Origin: Clostridia bacterium
GTDB lineage: Bacteria; Bacillota; Clostridia; Christensenellales; CAG-138
Assembly (NCBI GenBank): GCA_017388175.1
Contig: JAFOTD010000056.1
Location: forward strand, 7,756 to 71,755
Length of the DNA: 64,000 bases
Direction: 5' to 3'
Shown here piece by piece: positions 46,963 to 57,530 of this stretch (position 1 is the stretch's first letter; each line of letters starts with the position of its first letter). The position numbers and the translations under genes were made by a program. The notes below the pieces were generated by a model. That model saw only the letters and a program-made list of their open reading frames with translations, searched no databases and was not told the DNA's origin.

Positions 46963-47649
46963 ATGATCCTTTTTAACCTTCAATCCATTATGAATGATCC
47001 GCTCAGGTTCCTGCGGGAACTCGCGTGCTTGCTCCCTGTTATGCTGCTGAGCCTTACGCTTCACGAATGGGGACACGCTTTTGCCGCGCACAAATGCGGC
47101 GACGATACCGCAAAGAATATGGGGCGCATGACGCTCAATCCGTTTGCGCATATCGATCCGATCGGCTTTTTTATGATACTGATCGCGGGCTTCGGTTGGG
47201 CCAAGCCTGTTCCTGTCAACTCGCGCAACTTCCGGAATTACAAAAAAGGCGAAGCGATCGTATCGCTTGCCGGCGTATTCATGAACCTGATGCTCGTACT
47301 CGCGTTCTCTGCTTTGTACGTCTTTTTTCAGTATTTGTTCTATACAAAGTCCTATGCATGGCTCGACAGCGACGTTCTGTGGACTGTTTTGCTTTACGGT
47401 ATTATCCTGAACGTAACGCTGATGCTTTTCAACCTGCTCCCGATTTTTCCGCTTGACGGATACCATATCTTTGAACTGCTGTTCGCAAAGATGCTTCCGA
47501 TGAAGGCTTTCCTTTTTCTCAGAAGATACGGAATGCTGATTCTGATCGGGATTATGCTGCTGATGCGGGTGCTGGAATTTTTCCCCGCGTATGAGCTTTC
47601 CATGTGGCTGCTGGGGAAACTTGATACCATCGTGAACGCGTTGCTGTAA
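46963..47649 (+). CDS. Site-2 protease family (M50) membrane metalloprotease
   Basis: HEWGH, GDDTAK..GRMTLNP..HIDP.G, FGWAKPVPVN, FNLLPIFPLDG. Confidence 0.93.
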   Translation: MILFNLQSIMNDPLRFLRELACLLPVMLLSLTLHEWGHAFAAHKCGDDTAKNMGRMTLNPFAHIDPIGFFMILIAGFGWAKPVPVNSRNFRNYKKGEAIVSLAGVFMNLMLVLAFSALYVFFQYLFYTKSYAWLDSDVLWTVLLYGIILNVTLMLFNLLPIFPLDGYHIFELLFAKMLPMKAFLFLRRYGMLILIGIMLLMRVLEFFPAYELSMWLLGKLDTIVNALL

Positions 47650-47653
47650 ATGG

Positions 47654-48427
47654 ATGATCATGGAAGAATACCGCGTATCGTTATCACAATTTGAAGGCCC
47701 GCTCGATCTTCTGCTGCATTTGATCGAAAAGGCGGAGGTCAATATCGAGGATATCTTCGTTTCGGAGATTACCTCGCAGTACCTTGCCTACATGGATGAT
47801 CTTTCAGAGCTCGATATGGATCGCGCCAGCTCGTTTCTGACAGTTGCCGCGCAGCTTTTGCTGATCAAATCGCGAAGCCTTCTTCCGCGTCCGCCTGCCG
47901 ATGATGAGGAAGAGGAAGATCCGAAAGAACAGCTTCTTCGTCAGCTTCGCGAATACAAGGCTTTCAAGACGGCAAGCGAGGAATTGCACGAGCGCTTCGA
48001 AGAAGCGAAAAAAGCGCTGACACGTCTGCCTGAGGACGTGATCCTGCCTCCGCAGAAATTTGAACTGAAGAATGCAACGCTGGACCATCTATACAACGCG
48101 TTTCTTGACATTTTGAACCGCGATGAACCGGAAGAGGAGAAAGAGGACAAGTCTCAGCGCGTACGTCCCGACACGTTTACCGTCCGTGATCGTGTCGAGC
48201 ATCTGAGAAGCAGGCTGAAAGAAGGCCGCGTACGTTTTTCGGATCTGTTTTCTGACATGAGTACAAAATTAGAACGGATCGTAACATTTATGGCGCTTCT
48301 CGAAATGCTTGCAAGAGGCGAGGTGCATATCACGCAGGGCGCGACGTTCGCACCGATTTATATCCGTGCAAAGGCACTTTCGGAAAACGACCGCGAAACG
48401 GTCTATATGGATGAGGTAGAGGACTGA
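47654..48427 (+). CDS. scpA: Segregation and condensation protein A
   Basis: FEGPLDLLLHLI, IT.QYL, IKSRSLLP, VTFMALLE. Confidence 0.95.
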   Translation: MIMEEYRVSLSQFEGPLDLLLHLIEKAEVNIEDIFVSEITSQYLAYMDDLSELDMDRASSFLTVAAQLLLIKSRSLLPRPPADDEEEEDPKEQLLRQLREYKAFKTASEELHERFEEAKKALTRLPEDVILPPQKFELKNATLDHLYNAFLDILNRDEPEEEKEDKSQRVRPDTFTVRDRVEHLRSRLKEGRVRFSDLFSDMSTKLERIVTFMALLEMLARGEVHITQGATFAPIYIRAKALSENDRETVYMDEVED

Positions 48428-48960
48428 TGGAGAACAAAAAAGCCGCAATTGTAGAATGTATACTGTTCGTTGCGGGCGAACCGGTACTGATCACGGAGAT
48501 CGCGCGGGTGCTTGAACAGGATGAAGCGTCCGTAAAAGCGCTGCTTTTTGAAATGGAAATGCGCTATCGCAATGAAGGACGGGGAATCTGCCTGCTCGCG
48601 ACAGATGATACCGCGCAGCTCGTTTCGAACCGCGATTATATTCAATACGTAGAAGCGCTTCTGCAGCCGGAACAAAAAAAGAGCGTTTCACAGTCCATTA
48701 TGGAGACACTTGCGGTCATTGCGTATAAGCAGCCGGTTACGCGGGCGGAGATCGAAGCGGTTCGCGGCGTTCGGTGTGAATATGCCGTTTCGCAGCTTCA
48801 AAAGCTTGGGCTGATCGCTGCTGTCGGCAGAAAGGACGTCATCGGCAAGCCGATGCTGTATGCCACGACGGATACGTTTCTGCATAAGTTCGGGCTGCAT
48901 AACCTTTCCGAGCTGCCTTCGCTTCCTTCGGAAGAGCCGGAGACGGTCGAAACCGTTTGA
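48427..48960 (+). CDS. scpB: Segregation and condensation protein B
   Basis: [43 protein letters not shown]. Confidence 0.96.
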   Translation: MENKKAAIVECILFVAGEPVLITEIARVLEQDEASVKALLFEMEMRYRNEGRGICLLATDDTAQLVSNRDYIQYVEALLQPEQKKSVSQSIMETLAVIAYKQPVTRAEIEAVRGVRCEYAVSQLQKLGLIAAVGRKDVIGKPMLYATTDTFLHKFGLHNLSELPSLPSEEPETVETV

Positions 48961-48977
48961 TAAGGGGGAATATCATT

Positions 48978-49475
48978 ATGAACAAGCGCACCGATTACCT
49001 CTCATGGGACGAATACTTTATGGGCGTTTCGCTGCTGTCGTCGTATCGAAGCAAGGATCCGAGCACGCAGGTCGGAGCCTGTATTGTCAGTGAGCATAAT
49101 AAAATCATGTCGGTCGGTTATAACGGCTTTCCGATCGGATGCAGCGACGACGAATTCCCGTGGGATCGCGAAGGCGAGCCGTACGATACGAAATATCCGT
49201 ACGTCTGTCATGCGGAGCTGAACGCGATCCTGAACAACGCGGGAGCGTCTTTGGAAGGCTGCCGCATCTACGTTGCGCTGTTCCCCTGCAACGAATGCGC
49301 AAAGGCAATTATTCAATCCGGCATCAAGGAGGTCGTTTATCTCTCCGATAAATATAACAACACACCGATGAACCGCGCATCAAAACGGCTTTTCAATGCC
49401 GCGGGCGTACGCCTCCGCAAGCTGATTCCGAAGCGTGAATCCATCCTGATTGACTTTGATGAAAGTAAAGTATGA
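48978..49475 (+). CDS. dCMP deaminase
   Basis: [47 protein letters not shown]. Confidence 0.93.
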   Translation: MNKRTDYLSWDEYFMGVSLLSSYRSKDPSTQVGACIVSEHNKIMSVGYNGFPIGCSDDEFPWDREGEPYDTKYPYVCHAELNAILNNAGASLEGCRIYVALFPCNECAKAIIQSGIKEVVYLSDKYNNTPMNRASKRLFNAAGVRLRKLIPKRESILIDFDESKV

Positions 49476-49485
49476 TGTTCATAAC

Positions 49486-49520
49486 AGAAACAGCGCCGGA
49501 ATTTCCCGGCGCTGTTTTTT
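49486..49520. terminator. Bidirectional terminator
   Basis: aaacagcgccgg-aatttc-ccggcgctgttt between convergent genes. Confidence 0.85.
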
Positions 49521-49527
49521 GCTTTCG

Positions 49528-51273
49528 TTAATCACGAAGCGTTGCCTGATAGAAGTTTGCGTACAGTCCGTTTTGAGCAAGAAGAGATTCGTGCGTACCG
49601 CGTTCCACGATGCCGTCCTTGTTGATGACAATGATCTCGTCCGCATTGCGTACCGTAGATAGACGGTGTGCAATAATTAACGTTGTTCTGCCTTCGGAAA
49701 GCGCATCGAAGCTCTTTTGAATATCGAACTCGGTAACGGTATCGAGCGCGGAGGTCGCTTCGTCGAGGATCAGGATCGGCGGATTCTTGAGAAACAGACG
49801 CGCAATCGAGATTCGCTGTTTCTGTCCTCCGGAAAGCTTTACGCCTCGCTCGCCCACTTCGGACTGGTATTGATCCGGAAACTGCATGATCTCATCATGG
49901 ATATGTGCGCGAATCGCCGCTTCGACGACCTCTTCATCGGTTGCTCCGAGCCGTCCGTACCGGATATTCTCGAGAATCGAACCCGAAAACAGGAATACGT
50001 CTTGCTGAACGATACCGATGCTGCGGCGAAGGGACTCCTGCGTATAGTCTCGAATGTCCTTGCCGTCTACGGATATGCTGCCTTCCTGCACGTCGTAGAA
50101 GCGCATCAGAAGATGACACAGCGTCGTTTTGCCACCGCCGGAAGGACCGACAAGCGCGACTTTTTTCCCTGGCTCAACGGTCAGATTGATTCCAGAAAGA
50201 ACTTTTTTTCCGTTTTCATACGCAAACCCCACGTTTGAAAATTCGATCTTACCATTCAGCGATTTGATTTCAATCGCGTTCTCCCGATCGATAATATCGC
50301 TCTTCGTGTCAAGAATTTCAAGGAACCGCGAAAAGCCGGCCATCCCCATCATATACTGCTCGAAGAAGCTTGCAAAGCGCTTTAAAGGCGATGTAAAGGC
50401 CGAAACGTAAAGCATGAAGGTGATAAACGTCAGGGAGTTAAAACCGGATTTGCGGATGATCAGAACGCCTCCCACGGCAAGCACGATTACATTGAAAAGA
50501 GCGATGAAAAACTCTGTTCCGCTGTTAAACAAAGCCATCGTTTTGTAGTAGCGGTCCTTGGCGTGCAGAAACGCGTTGTTTCCTTCTTCAAACTTTTCGA
50601 TCTCGTAATCTTCGTTTGCAAACGCCTTTGCAACACGTGCGCCTGAGATGGACGACTCGATTCCGGCGTTGATGTTTGCCATCTGTTCTTTCACGGATTT
50701 GCTTGTCGATTTCATTGAAAAGCGTGTTCTCATAACGAAAAACAAGCAAAGCGGCATCAGAATCAGCATTGCAAGCGCAATACGCCATTCGATAAAGAAC
50801 ATCGCAGTGAACGCGCCGAGAATCGTCAAACTTGAAATCAGAAGATCCTCCGGACCGTGATGCGCAAGCTCGGAAATTTCAAAGAGGTCGGTCGTCGCGC
50901 GGGCCAGAAGTTTCCCCGTGCGAATTTTATCGTAAAAGCTGAACGGCAGCGTCTGTATATGTGAGAAGATATCATGCCGCATATCGGCTTCGATCCGAAC
51001 GCCTAATAGGTGCCCCCAATAGTTCACTATATAGAGCATGGCGGCACGAAGGACGTAACCCGTGAAGATTGCGCAAATCAGAATCACAAACAGTGTAATC
51101 AGGTTCTGCGATCCGGTCTGTTCGATCGCCGGAAATAACTGTTTTAATAGATAGTTCGTCAGAAGCGGAAACGCGATATCAACGCCAGCGACAAGCGTAG
51201 CGCAGCCGATATCAAGCAGAAACATGGGAAGATGCGGTTTATAGTACCGGGCAAATCGTTTCAATTTGTTCAT
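49528..51273 (-). CDS. ABC exporter, fused permease and ATPase (YwjA-like)
   Basis: ELAHHGPED, GPSGGGKTT, LSGGQKQR, ILDEATSALD, IAHRLST. Confidence 0.93.
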   Translation of the reverse strand: MNKLKRFARYYKPHLPMFLLDIGCATLVAGVDIAFPLLTNYLLKQLFPAIEQTGSQNLITLFVILICAIFTGYVLRAAMLYIVNYWGHLLGVRIEADMRHDIFSHIQTLPFSFYDKIRTGKLLARATTDLFEISELAHHGPEDLLISSLTILGAFTAMFFIEWRIALAMLILMPLCLFFVMRTRFSMKSTSKSVKEQMANINAGIESSISGARVAKAFANEDYEIEKFEEGNNAFLHAKDRYYKTMALFNSGTEFFIALFNVIVLAVGGVLIIRKSGFNSLTFITFMLYVSAFTSPLKRFASFFEQYMMGMAGFSRFLEILDTKSDIIDRENAIEIKSLNGKIEFSNVGFAYENGKKVLSGINLTVEPGKKVALVGPSGGGKTTLCHLLMRFYDVQEGSISVDGKDIRDYTQESLRRSIGIVQQDVFLFSGSILENIRYGRLGATDEEVVEAAIRAHIHDEIMQFPDQYQSEVGERGVKLSGGQKQRISIARLFLKNPPILILDEATSALDTVTEFDIQKSFDALSEGRTTLIIAHRLSTVRNADEIIVINKDGIVERGTHESLLAQNGLYANFYQATLRD

Positions 51274-51381
51274 ATCTTCATCTTACACGCTTCGGAATCA
51301 TTTGTCCATACATCGCGAAAAAAAGAATATGGTATTTCCGGATCGCATAAGGTGAACCAAAAGGAGAATCGGGAGGTTTCT

Positions 51382-52860
51382 ATGGACAGAACAGCTCTTT
51401 ATCGGGATATGATGGAGCGTACGCAAGGCGATATCTATTTCGGCGTAATCGGTCCGGTGCGCACAGGCAAATCTACTTTTATCAAACGATTTGCGGAACT
51501 TTTGATGGTGCCGAATATCGAAAACGAGTTTCAGAGGCAAAGACTCATCGACGAGCTGCCGCAAAGCGGAACAGGGAAAAGCATTATGACGACGCAGCCG
51601 AAGTTTGTTCCGAACGAGGGCGTCGAAGTGCGTCTTGACGAAGCGGCGACCGCAAAAATGCGGCTTGTTGACTGTGTTGGTTTTTTGGTGCCGGGCGCAA
51701 TCGGATCGGAAGAGGACGGAACGCCGCGCATGGTGAGAACGCCTTGGTTCGAACAGGATATTCCTTTTGAACAGGCTGCCGAAATCGGAACGAGAAAAGT
51801 AATTGAAGACCACGCGACTGTCGGTATCGTTGTGTTGACAGACGGGACGATCACAGATCTTTCGCGGGAAAACTATCTGGAAGCCGAACAGAAATGCATG
51901 GAGGCTGTCAGTGCGGCCGGTAAGCCGTTCGTCATTCTTTTGAATTCGGCGGATCCAAACGGCGATCTTGCCCAGCGCACTGCAGATGAAATTGAAGAGC
52001 AGTACGGCGTTCGTCCGATGATTGTCGATCTTCTGCATCTTTCGGAACGTGTGCTGACCAATCTTCTGACGGAAATCCTGTACGCGTTCCCGCTGAAAAT
52101 GATCGAATTGAACGGACCGAGCTTTTTGAATGCGCTTTCTTCCGATCATCCGGTCCTGAAAGAAATGATCGAAACGCTTTCCGTCTGCGTTCGCGACGTG
52201 CATTGCGTGCGCGACGTGCAGCGGATTGCAGAAGCTTTTTCGGAACTTGATTTGTTCCGATCCGCGGAGGTGCAAAAGGTTGAGCTCGGTTCCGGACGTG
52301 CAAGCGTCGGCCTGCATCCGAACGAAGGCGTTTTCTATTCCATTCTGAGCGACGCCTGCGGCATGACGATTCAAAACGATTATGAGCTGATGTCGGCGGT
52401 CAACGGGTTTGTTACGGCAAAGAAGGCATACGACAGGTTGTCAAAAGCGCTGGAAAAAGCAATGCAGACCGGATACGGAATTGTTGATCCCGATCCTGAA
52501 AAGATGGAAATCTCCGAACCGGAACTCTTTAAAAGCGGCGGAAAATACGGCGTTCGTCTGCATGCCAAAGCAAGCGGTTTGCATTTGATTCGTGTCGATA
52601 TCGAAAATGATATCGAGCCTTTGATCGGAACGGAACAGCAAAGCAAAGACTTCCTGACCTATTTAAATGAGAATGCGGAAGGAGAAGGACAGGATTACCT
52701 GAACACGAATCTGTTCGGAAAATCATTGTATGATTTGATTACAGAAGGGATGCAGGGGAAAGGAACGAATATGAACGATCAGGTCCAGATAAAACTGCAG
52801 GCAGCTTTGCAAAAGATTGCCAACGACGGATGCAACGGAATGATTTGTATTATGCTTTGA
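51382..52860 (+). CDS. spoIVA: Stage IV sporulation protein A
   Basis: RT.GDIY.GV.GPVRTGKSTFIKRF, DELPQSG.GK.IMTT.PKFVP, C-terminal N.G..G.ICI.L; GGGAGG RBS before ATG at 51382; SigE-like CATAAGGT upstream. Confidence 0.96.
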   Translation: MDRTALYRDMMERTQGDIYFGVIGPVRTGKSTFIKRFAELLMVPNIENEFQRQRLIDELPQSGTGKSIMTTQPKFVPNEGVEVRLDEAATAKMRLVDCVGFLVPGAIGSEEDGTPRMVRTPWFEQDIPFEQAAEIGTRKVIEDHATVGIVVLTDGTITDLSRENYLEAEQKCMEAVSAAGKPFVILLNSADPNGDLAQRTADEIEEQYGVRPMIVDLLHLSERVLTNLLTEILYAFPLKMIELNGPSFLNALSSDHPVLKEMIETLSVCVRDVHCVRDVQRIAEAFSELDLFRSAEVQKVELGSGRASVGLHPNEGVFYSILSDACGMTIQNDYELMSAVNGFVTAKKAYDRLSKALEKAMQTGYGIVDPDPEKMEISEPELFKSGGKYGVRLHAKASGLHLIRVDIENDIEPLIGTEQQSKDFLTYLNENAEGEGQDYLNTNLFGKSLYDLITEGMQGKGTNMNDQVQIKLQAALQKIANDGCNGMICIML

Positions 52861-52875
52861 CAAACGCGCAAACTA

Positions 52876-52905
52876 AACTCGGTCGATTGACCGAGTTATT
52901 TTTTT
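52876..52905 (+). terminator. Terminator after spoIVA
   Basis: aactcggtc-gatt-gaccgagtt followed by attttttt. Confidence 0.8.
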
Positions 52906-52915
52906 GGAGGAACCT

Positions 52916-53761
52916 ATGCGAACGGATCTTGCGTTGGAATCGAAAACAAGGATTGCAGACTGTCCCGGAATCAGAGAAGAAAAAGAAGAAAAAGACGATA
53001 TTCAAATTACCCGAATCGACGTACTCGATCATGATGCCGCACAGCGCCTTGACAAACCGATCGGTCGATACGTGACGATTTCCGCAGCCCCGGTATCATT
53101 CATGGAACAGGACAGAAGGGAGGCAATCGCAAAATGTCTTTCCGTTGAATTGCGTGCAATGGCAAGTTCCGTCGACAGTGCGCTGGTCATAGGCCTTGGA
53201 AACCGATATGTGACAGCAGATGCGCTCGGAACGAAGACGGCAGAATACGTGCTTGTTACGCGTCATATTCACATGCACATGGAAAATTATCTGCCGGAAG
53301 GCACGCCGGTTACATCCTCGTTTTGTGCGAACGTACTGGGCGTAACGGGAATGGAAACCGCTGAGGTTGTTTCTGCGCTGACAGAACGTATTCAACCGGA
53401 TATCGTAATTCTGATTGATTCGCTTGCCGCGGCAAGCGTAGAGCATATCGGGTGTGTGATACAATGCAATGACAGCGGAATTGCTCCCGGGTCAGGCGTC
53501 GGAAACTTTCGTACCATGCTGACAAAAGACCTGTTGCACGTGCCCGTCATTGCACTCGGCGTACCTACGGTCGTCAGTGCGGAGACGATCGTTCGGGAAA
53601 GCGGAGCAAATGCGGTCGATCTTGCAAAATGCGGAGATCTGATCGTTGCGCCGAAAGATATTGACGCGATCGTTAGGGATCTGTCCCGTGTCCTTTCGGA
53701 CGCTGTCAATCTGATGCTGTTTGGTGACTTGTATCCCGCGCTTGAGAAATTATTGAGATAA
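52916..53761 (+). CDS. gpr: Germination protease GPR
   Basis: RTDLALE, KP.GRYVTI, GLGN..VT.DALG, IDSLAA, GI.PGSGVGN.R, GVPTVV, PKDID; SigF/SigG-like GTATT-17-CAAACTA upstream. Confidence 0.93.
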   Translation: MRTDLALESKTRIADCPGIREEKEEKDDIQITRIDVLDHDAAQRLDKPIGRYVTISAAPVSFMEQDRREAIAKCLSVELRAMASSVDSALVIGLGNRYVTADALGTKTAEYVLVTRHIHMHMENYLPEGTPVTSSFCANVLGVTGMETAEVVSALTERIQPDIVILIDSLAAASVEHIGCVIQCNDSGIAPGSGVGNFRTMLTKDLLHVPVIALGVPTVVSAETIVRESGANAVDLAKCGDLIVAPKDIDAIVRDLSRVLSDAVNLMLFGDLYPALEKLLR

Positions 53762-53784
53762 ATGGTTGTACCGCCGCATACGAT
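53758..53784 (+). promoter_or_regulatory. SigE-type promoter of spoIIP
   Basis: ATA-16 nt-CATACGAT. Confidence 0.6.
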
Positions 53785-53800
53785 TTAGCGGAGGTGCAAG

Positions 53801-54724
53801 ATGAAAAAGAGACGTTATACAAGCAGAAACCGTAAATCAAAGCCGTCGCCGTCTGTTTTCGCGTGGATTGCGCTTGCTTTCGGCTGGATATGCGCCGTTT
53901 TGTTCGGCGTATATATTTTTAGCAGACCGAATGAAATTCCGTCAGAGGTGTCGACGACGGAAACTGTTTTTGCACAGGCGAAGCATGACGCAAAAGAGCA
54001 TCCGACGCCTGTTTCTGCACAGCTAAAAATCCTTCCCGCGGTCAATGCGCTGCGGTCGGACGAGCCAACGATTCTGATCTATCACACGCATACGACGGAA
54101 GCATATACACAGACGGAATCCGAACAATATAAAGAATCCTCCAAATGGCGAACGTTTGATACGGAATATAACGTCGTAGCAGTCGGAGAAGTTCTGAAGG
54201 AAATTCTGGAAAAGGAATACGGATTCCACGTAATTCATGACACGACCGATCACGAGCCTCCGAAGCTTGCGACCGCATATGATCGCAGTCTGAAAACGAT
54301 GGAAAAATATCATAAAGAATATCCTTCGATCGTACTGTTTATCGACCTGCATCGCGACGCGTATAATGCAGACGTCGCCCCGTGTGATTATCTGACGATC
54401 AACGGAACGGAAACCGCCCGTCTGATGCTCGTTGTAGGAAAAGGCGAGAAGTACGCGGACAAACCGTATTATACGTCCAATGAGGCGTTCGCGCAAAGAA
54501 TTACGAAACATCTGAACACGATTGACCCGAAGTTGTGCAGACCGGTACGGTTGAAAACCGGCCGTTATAATCAGCACGTAGCGCCGAACTGTATTCTTGT
54601 TGAGGTCGGGCATAACGCGAATACGCTTTCACAGGCCAAGGCCGCAATGCCTTACCTTGCAGAAAGCATTGCGTATTCGTTTCACAGCGGCAGTATATCG
54701 CTTTCGGATTGGTCGCCGAATTGA
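53801..54724 (+). CDS. spoIIP: Stage II sporulation protein P
   Basis: TM helix; LIYHTHTTEAY, AY.RS..T, DLHRDA, YNQHV...LVEVG...NT; follows gpr. Confidence 0.9.
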   Translation: MKKRRYTSRNRKSKPSPSVFAWIALAFGWICAVLFGVYIFSRPNEIPSEVSTTETVFAQAKHDAKEHPTPVSAQLKILPAVNALRSDEPTILIYHTHTTEAYTQTESEQYKESSKWRTFDTEYNVVAVGEVLKEILEKEYGFHVIHDTTDHEPPKLATAYDRSLKTMEKYHKEYPSIVLFIDLHRDAYNADVAPCDYLTINGTETARLMLVVGKGEKYADKPYYTSNEAFAQRITKHLNTIDPKLCRPVRLKTGRYNQHVAPNCILVEVGHNANTLSQAKAAMPYLAESIAYSFHSGSISLSDWSPN

Positions 54725-54749
54725 CAAGAGAACGCCGGAATGATATACT
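54721..54749 (+). promoter_or_regulatory. SigA promoter of asd-dapA-dapB
   Basis: TTGACA-17 nt-TATACT with extended TG. Confidence 0.85.
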
Positions 54750-54781
54750 ATAAACAGTATTATGGGAAAGAGGCTGTTTCA

Positions 54782-55783
54782 ATGAAACAACGTCGAATTG
54801 CCGTCGTCGGCGCGACCGGAATGGTGGGCAGAATGTTCCTGAAAGTCCTGGAGGAACATGGAATTTCAGCGGACTATGAACTGTTTGCGTCGGCGAACAG
54901 CGCAGGAAAATCGCTTCGGTTTTTCGGTAAGGATTACCTCGTATCCGAATTGACTGAGGACAGTTTTCAAGACAAAGGCTTTCAATATGCTCTGTTTTCG
55001 GCGGGCGGCAGCATCAGCGCGAAATTTGCGCCGCTTGCCGCGGCATCAGGCGCAATCGTTATCGATAATTCCAGCCAATGGCGAATGGATCCTGAAGTTC
55101 CGCTTGTTGTACCGGAAGTCAATCCGGAAGCGCTTTCCTCAATTCCGAAGGGAATCGTCGCCAATCCAAACTGTTCGACGATTCAGGCCGTTGTTCCGCT
55201 GAAAGTTCTTGATGACGCATTCCGCATCAAGCGCGTCGTATATTCAACCTATCAGGCTGTTTCCGGCGCTGGGCAGAAGGGATATCAGGACCTTGAAGAC
55301 GGCCTTTGCGGCGCGCTTCCGAAAAAATTTCCGCATCCGATCGCAAACAACTGCATTCCGCACATCGACGTATTTCTTGAGAACGGAAATACCAAGGAAG
55401 AGCAGAAAATGATCGACGAGACGAGGAAGATTCTTTCCAGACCGGATCTCGGTATCAGTGCAACCTGCGTTCGCGTTCCTGTTTATCACGGACACAGCGA
55501 AAGCATCAACGTCGAATTCGAACAACCGTTTGAGATGACAGAGGTGTTTCGACTGCTCAACGGCGCGGAAGGCGTCGTCGTTCGTGACGATCCGAAAAAC
55601 AACATCTATCCGATGCCGATTGAAGCGGAAGGAACGGATCCTGTTTATGTCGGGAGAATTCGCCGCGACACGTCCGTTAAAAACGGTTTGAATTTCTGGT
55701 GCGTCGCGGATAATATTCGTAAGGGCGCCGCTTTAAATGCGGTGCAGATCATGGAGCATTTGATAAAGGGGGAGAACAGATGA
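54782..55783 (+). CDS. asd: Aspartate-semialdehyde dehydrogenase
   Basis: VVGATGMVG, DNSS.WRM.P.VPLVVPEVN, ANPNCSTIQ, DNIRKGAALNAVQI. Confidence 0.97.
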   Translation: MKQRRIAVVGATGMVGRMFLKVLEEHGISADYELFASANSAGKSLRFFGKDYLVSELTEDSFQDKGFQYALFSAGGSISAKFAPLAAASGAIVIDNSSQWRMDPEVPLVVPEVNPEALSSIPKGIVANPNCSTIQAVVPLKVLDDAFRIKRVVYSTYQAVSGAGQKGYQDLEDGLCGALPKKFPHPIANNCIPHIDVFLENGNTKEEQKMIDETRKILSRPDLGISATCVRVPVYHGHSESINVEFEQPFEMTEVFRLLNGAEGVVVRDDPKNNIYPMPIEAEGTDPVYVGRIRRDTSVKNGLNFWCVADNIRKGAALNAVQIMEHLIKGENR

Positions 55784-56658
55784 GCATTTTTACAGGATCG
55801 GCCGTTGCGCTGATTACACCGTTTCATGACGGAGCTGTCGACTATACGGCGCTGACAAGATTGATTGAGCTTCAGATCGCTTCCGGCTCGGACGCAATCG
55901 TTGCGCTCGGGACCACAGGCGAAGCGGCGACGCTGATGCAGGATGAGCGCCAGGAAGTAATTCGGTTTATCGTGGAGCGCGTATCCAACCGGATTCCCGT
56001 GATCGTCGGGGCGGGCAGCAACAATACGGAAGACGCGATTCAAAAGAGCCGCTTTGCGGAAGCGGTCGGCGCGGACGGTCTTCTGATCGTTACGCCGTTT
56101 TATAATAAGACAACGCAAGAGGGACTGTTAGCACATTACAGCTCGATCGCGGAACAAGTTCGCCTTCCGATCCTGATCTATAACGTGCCCTCAAGAACCG
56201 GTTTGAACATTCTGCCGGAAACGGTCAATAAGCTTGTTCGTTCGTGTGAGAATATCGTCGGCATCAAGGAAGCAAGCGGCAATATCGAGCAGATCGTCAA
56301 ACTCGCAGCGATGTGCCCCGAATGTGATATCTATGCCGGTAACGATGATCACGTCGTTCCGATTCTTTCGATCGGCGGCAAAGGCGTGATTTCGACGGTG
56401 GCAAACATCATTCCGGAAGTGATGCATCTGATGTGCAAGGCATATTTTGACGGAGACACAGAAGAAGCTAAGCGCCTTCAGCTTGCGCTGCTGCCGATTC
56501 AGCAGGCTGCGTTCTGCGAAGTCAACCCGATCCCGATCAAAACGATGATGGGGCTTCTGAAACTTTGCGATCCGGAAGTCCGGCTTCCGCTTGTAAAGCC
56601 TTCGATTGAGCATTTTGAACTGATGGAAACGACGCTCCGCGAGAACGGCATGCTGTAA
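55780..56658 (+). CDS. dapA: 4-hydroxy-tetrahydrodipicolinate synthase
   Basis: ALITPF, GTTGE, YNVPSRTG, GIKEASG, NPIPIK. Confidence 0.96.
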   Translation: MSIFTGSAVALITPFHDGAVDYTALTRLIELQIASGSDAIVALGTTGEAATLMQDERQEVIRFIVERVSNRIPVIVGAGSNNTEDAIQKSRFAEAVGADGLLIVTPFYNKTTQEGLLAHYSSIAEQVRLPILIYNVPSRTGLNILPETVNKLVRSCENIVGIKEASGNIEQIVKLAAMCPECDIYAGNDDHVVPILSIGGKGVISTVANIIPEVMHLMCKAYFDGDTEEAKRLQLALLPIQQAAFCEVNPIPIKTMMGLLKLCDPEVRLPLVKPSIEHFELMETTLRENGML

Positions 56659-56668
56659 GGAGACGGGT

Positions 56669-57436
56669 GTGGCAAAGCTATTGATCAACGGAATCGGCGG
56701 TCAGATGGGACACGCGCTTTTAAGCGTCCTGAAGAGCGATGCGCGCGGGTTTGAAATATCCTGCGGAGTTGATCCGTTCTTCGACGGACATACTGCGTTT
56801 CCGGTCTATGCGTCCGCAAATAATGTTGACGTTCCGGTCGACGTCGTCATCGACTTCTCCGTTCCGAAAGCGACGGAGGAGATTCTGGACTTTTGCCACG
56901 CGCATAAGATCCCCGCTGTGATTTGCACCACGGCGCTGTCCGATCCTCTGATCGAAAAGATCGTCCGCGTAAGCCGGGATATCCCGATCTTTCGTTCCGG
57001 AAATATGTCCATCGGCGTCAATCTGATGCGTGTTCTGTTAAAAAAAGCGAGACTGACGCTCGGCGATTCGTTTGACATCGAAATCATAGAAACGCACCAT
57101 AACCGTAAAAAGGACGCGCCGAGCGGCACCGCGCTGATGCTTGCCGATGCGATCCGGGAAGCCGATCAGACCGATCATTCATACGTGTTCGGCAGAAGCG
57201 AAAAGGATCACAGACGTGAACCGGGCGAAATCGGATTCCACAGCGTTCGCGGGGGAACGATCGTCGGCGAGCATGAAGTTCGTTTTCTGGGAACCGACGA
57301 AGAAATTTCCATCCGGCACGCGGCATATTCCAAGAGCGTCTTTGCGAACGGAGCGCTGCGAGCCGCACAATTCCTATTGACGAAACAAAACGGTCTTTAT
57401 TCGATGGAAGATCTTGTTTCGGAAACGTTTTCCTGA
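56669..57436 (+). CDS. dapB: 4-hydroxy-tetrahydrodipicolinate reductase
   Basis: NG..GQMG, IDFS, NMSIGVN, ETHHNRKKDAPSGTA, R.GTIVGEH. Confidence 0.96.
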   Translation: MAKLLINGIGGQMGHALLSVLKSDARGFEISCGVDPFFDGHTAFPVYASANNVDVPVDVVIDFSVPKATEEILDFCHAHKIPAVICTTALSDPLIEKIVRVSRDIPIFRSGNMSIGVNLMRVLLKKARLTLGDSFDIEIIETHHNRKKDAPSGTALMLADAIREADQTDHSYVFGRSEKDHRREPGEIGFHSVRGGTIVGEHEVRFLGTDEEISIRHAAYSKSVFANGALRAAQFLLTKQNGLYSMEDLVSETFS

Positions 57437-57447
57437 TGGATCCGTTC

Positions 57448-57472
57448 GGAACGGCTTCGGCCGTTCTTTTTT
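57448..57472 (+). terminator. dap operon terminator
   Basis: gaacggc-ttcg-gccgttc followed by a T tract. Confidence 0.85.
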
Positions 57473-57530
57473 ATTGCGTACGTGCTGAACTTCTGCTATA
57501 CTGTAACATAGAATATTATAGGAGAAATCC

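Noticed and set aside
54725-54781. Possible lysine riboswitch upstream of asd-dapA-dapB
   Set aside because: The leader is only about 25-30 nt, far too short.
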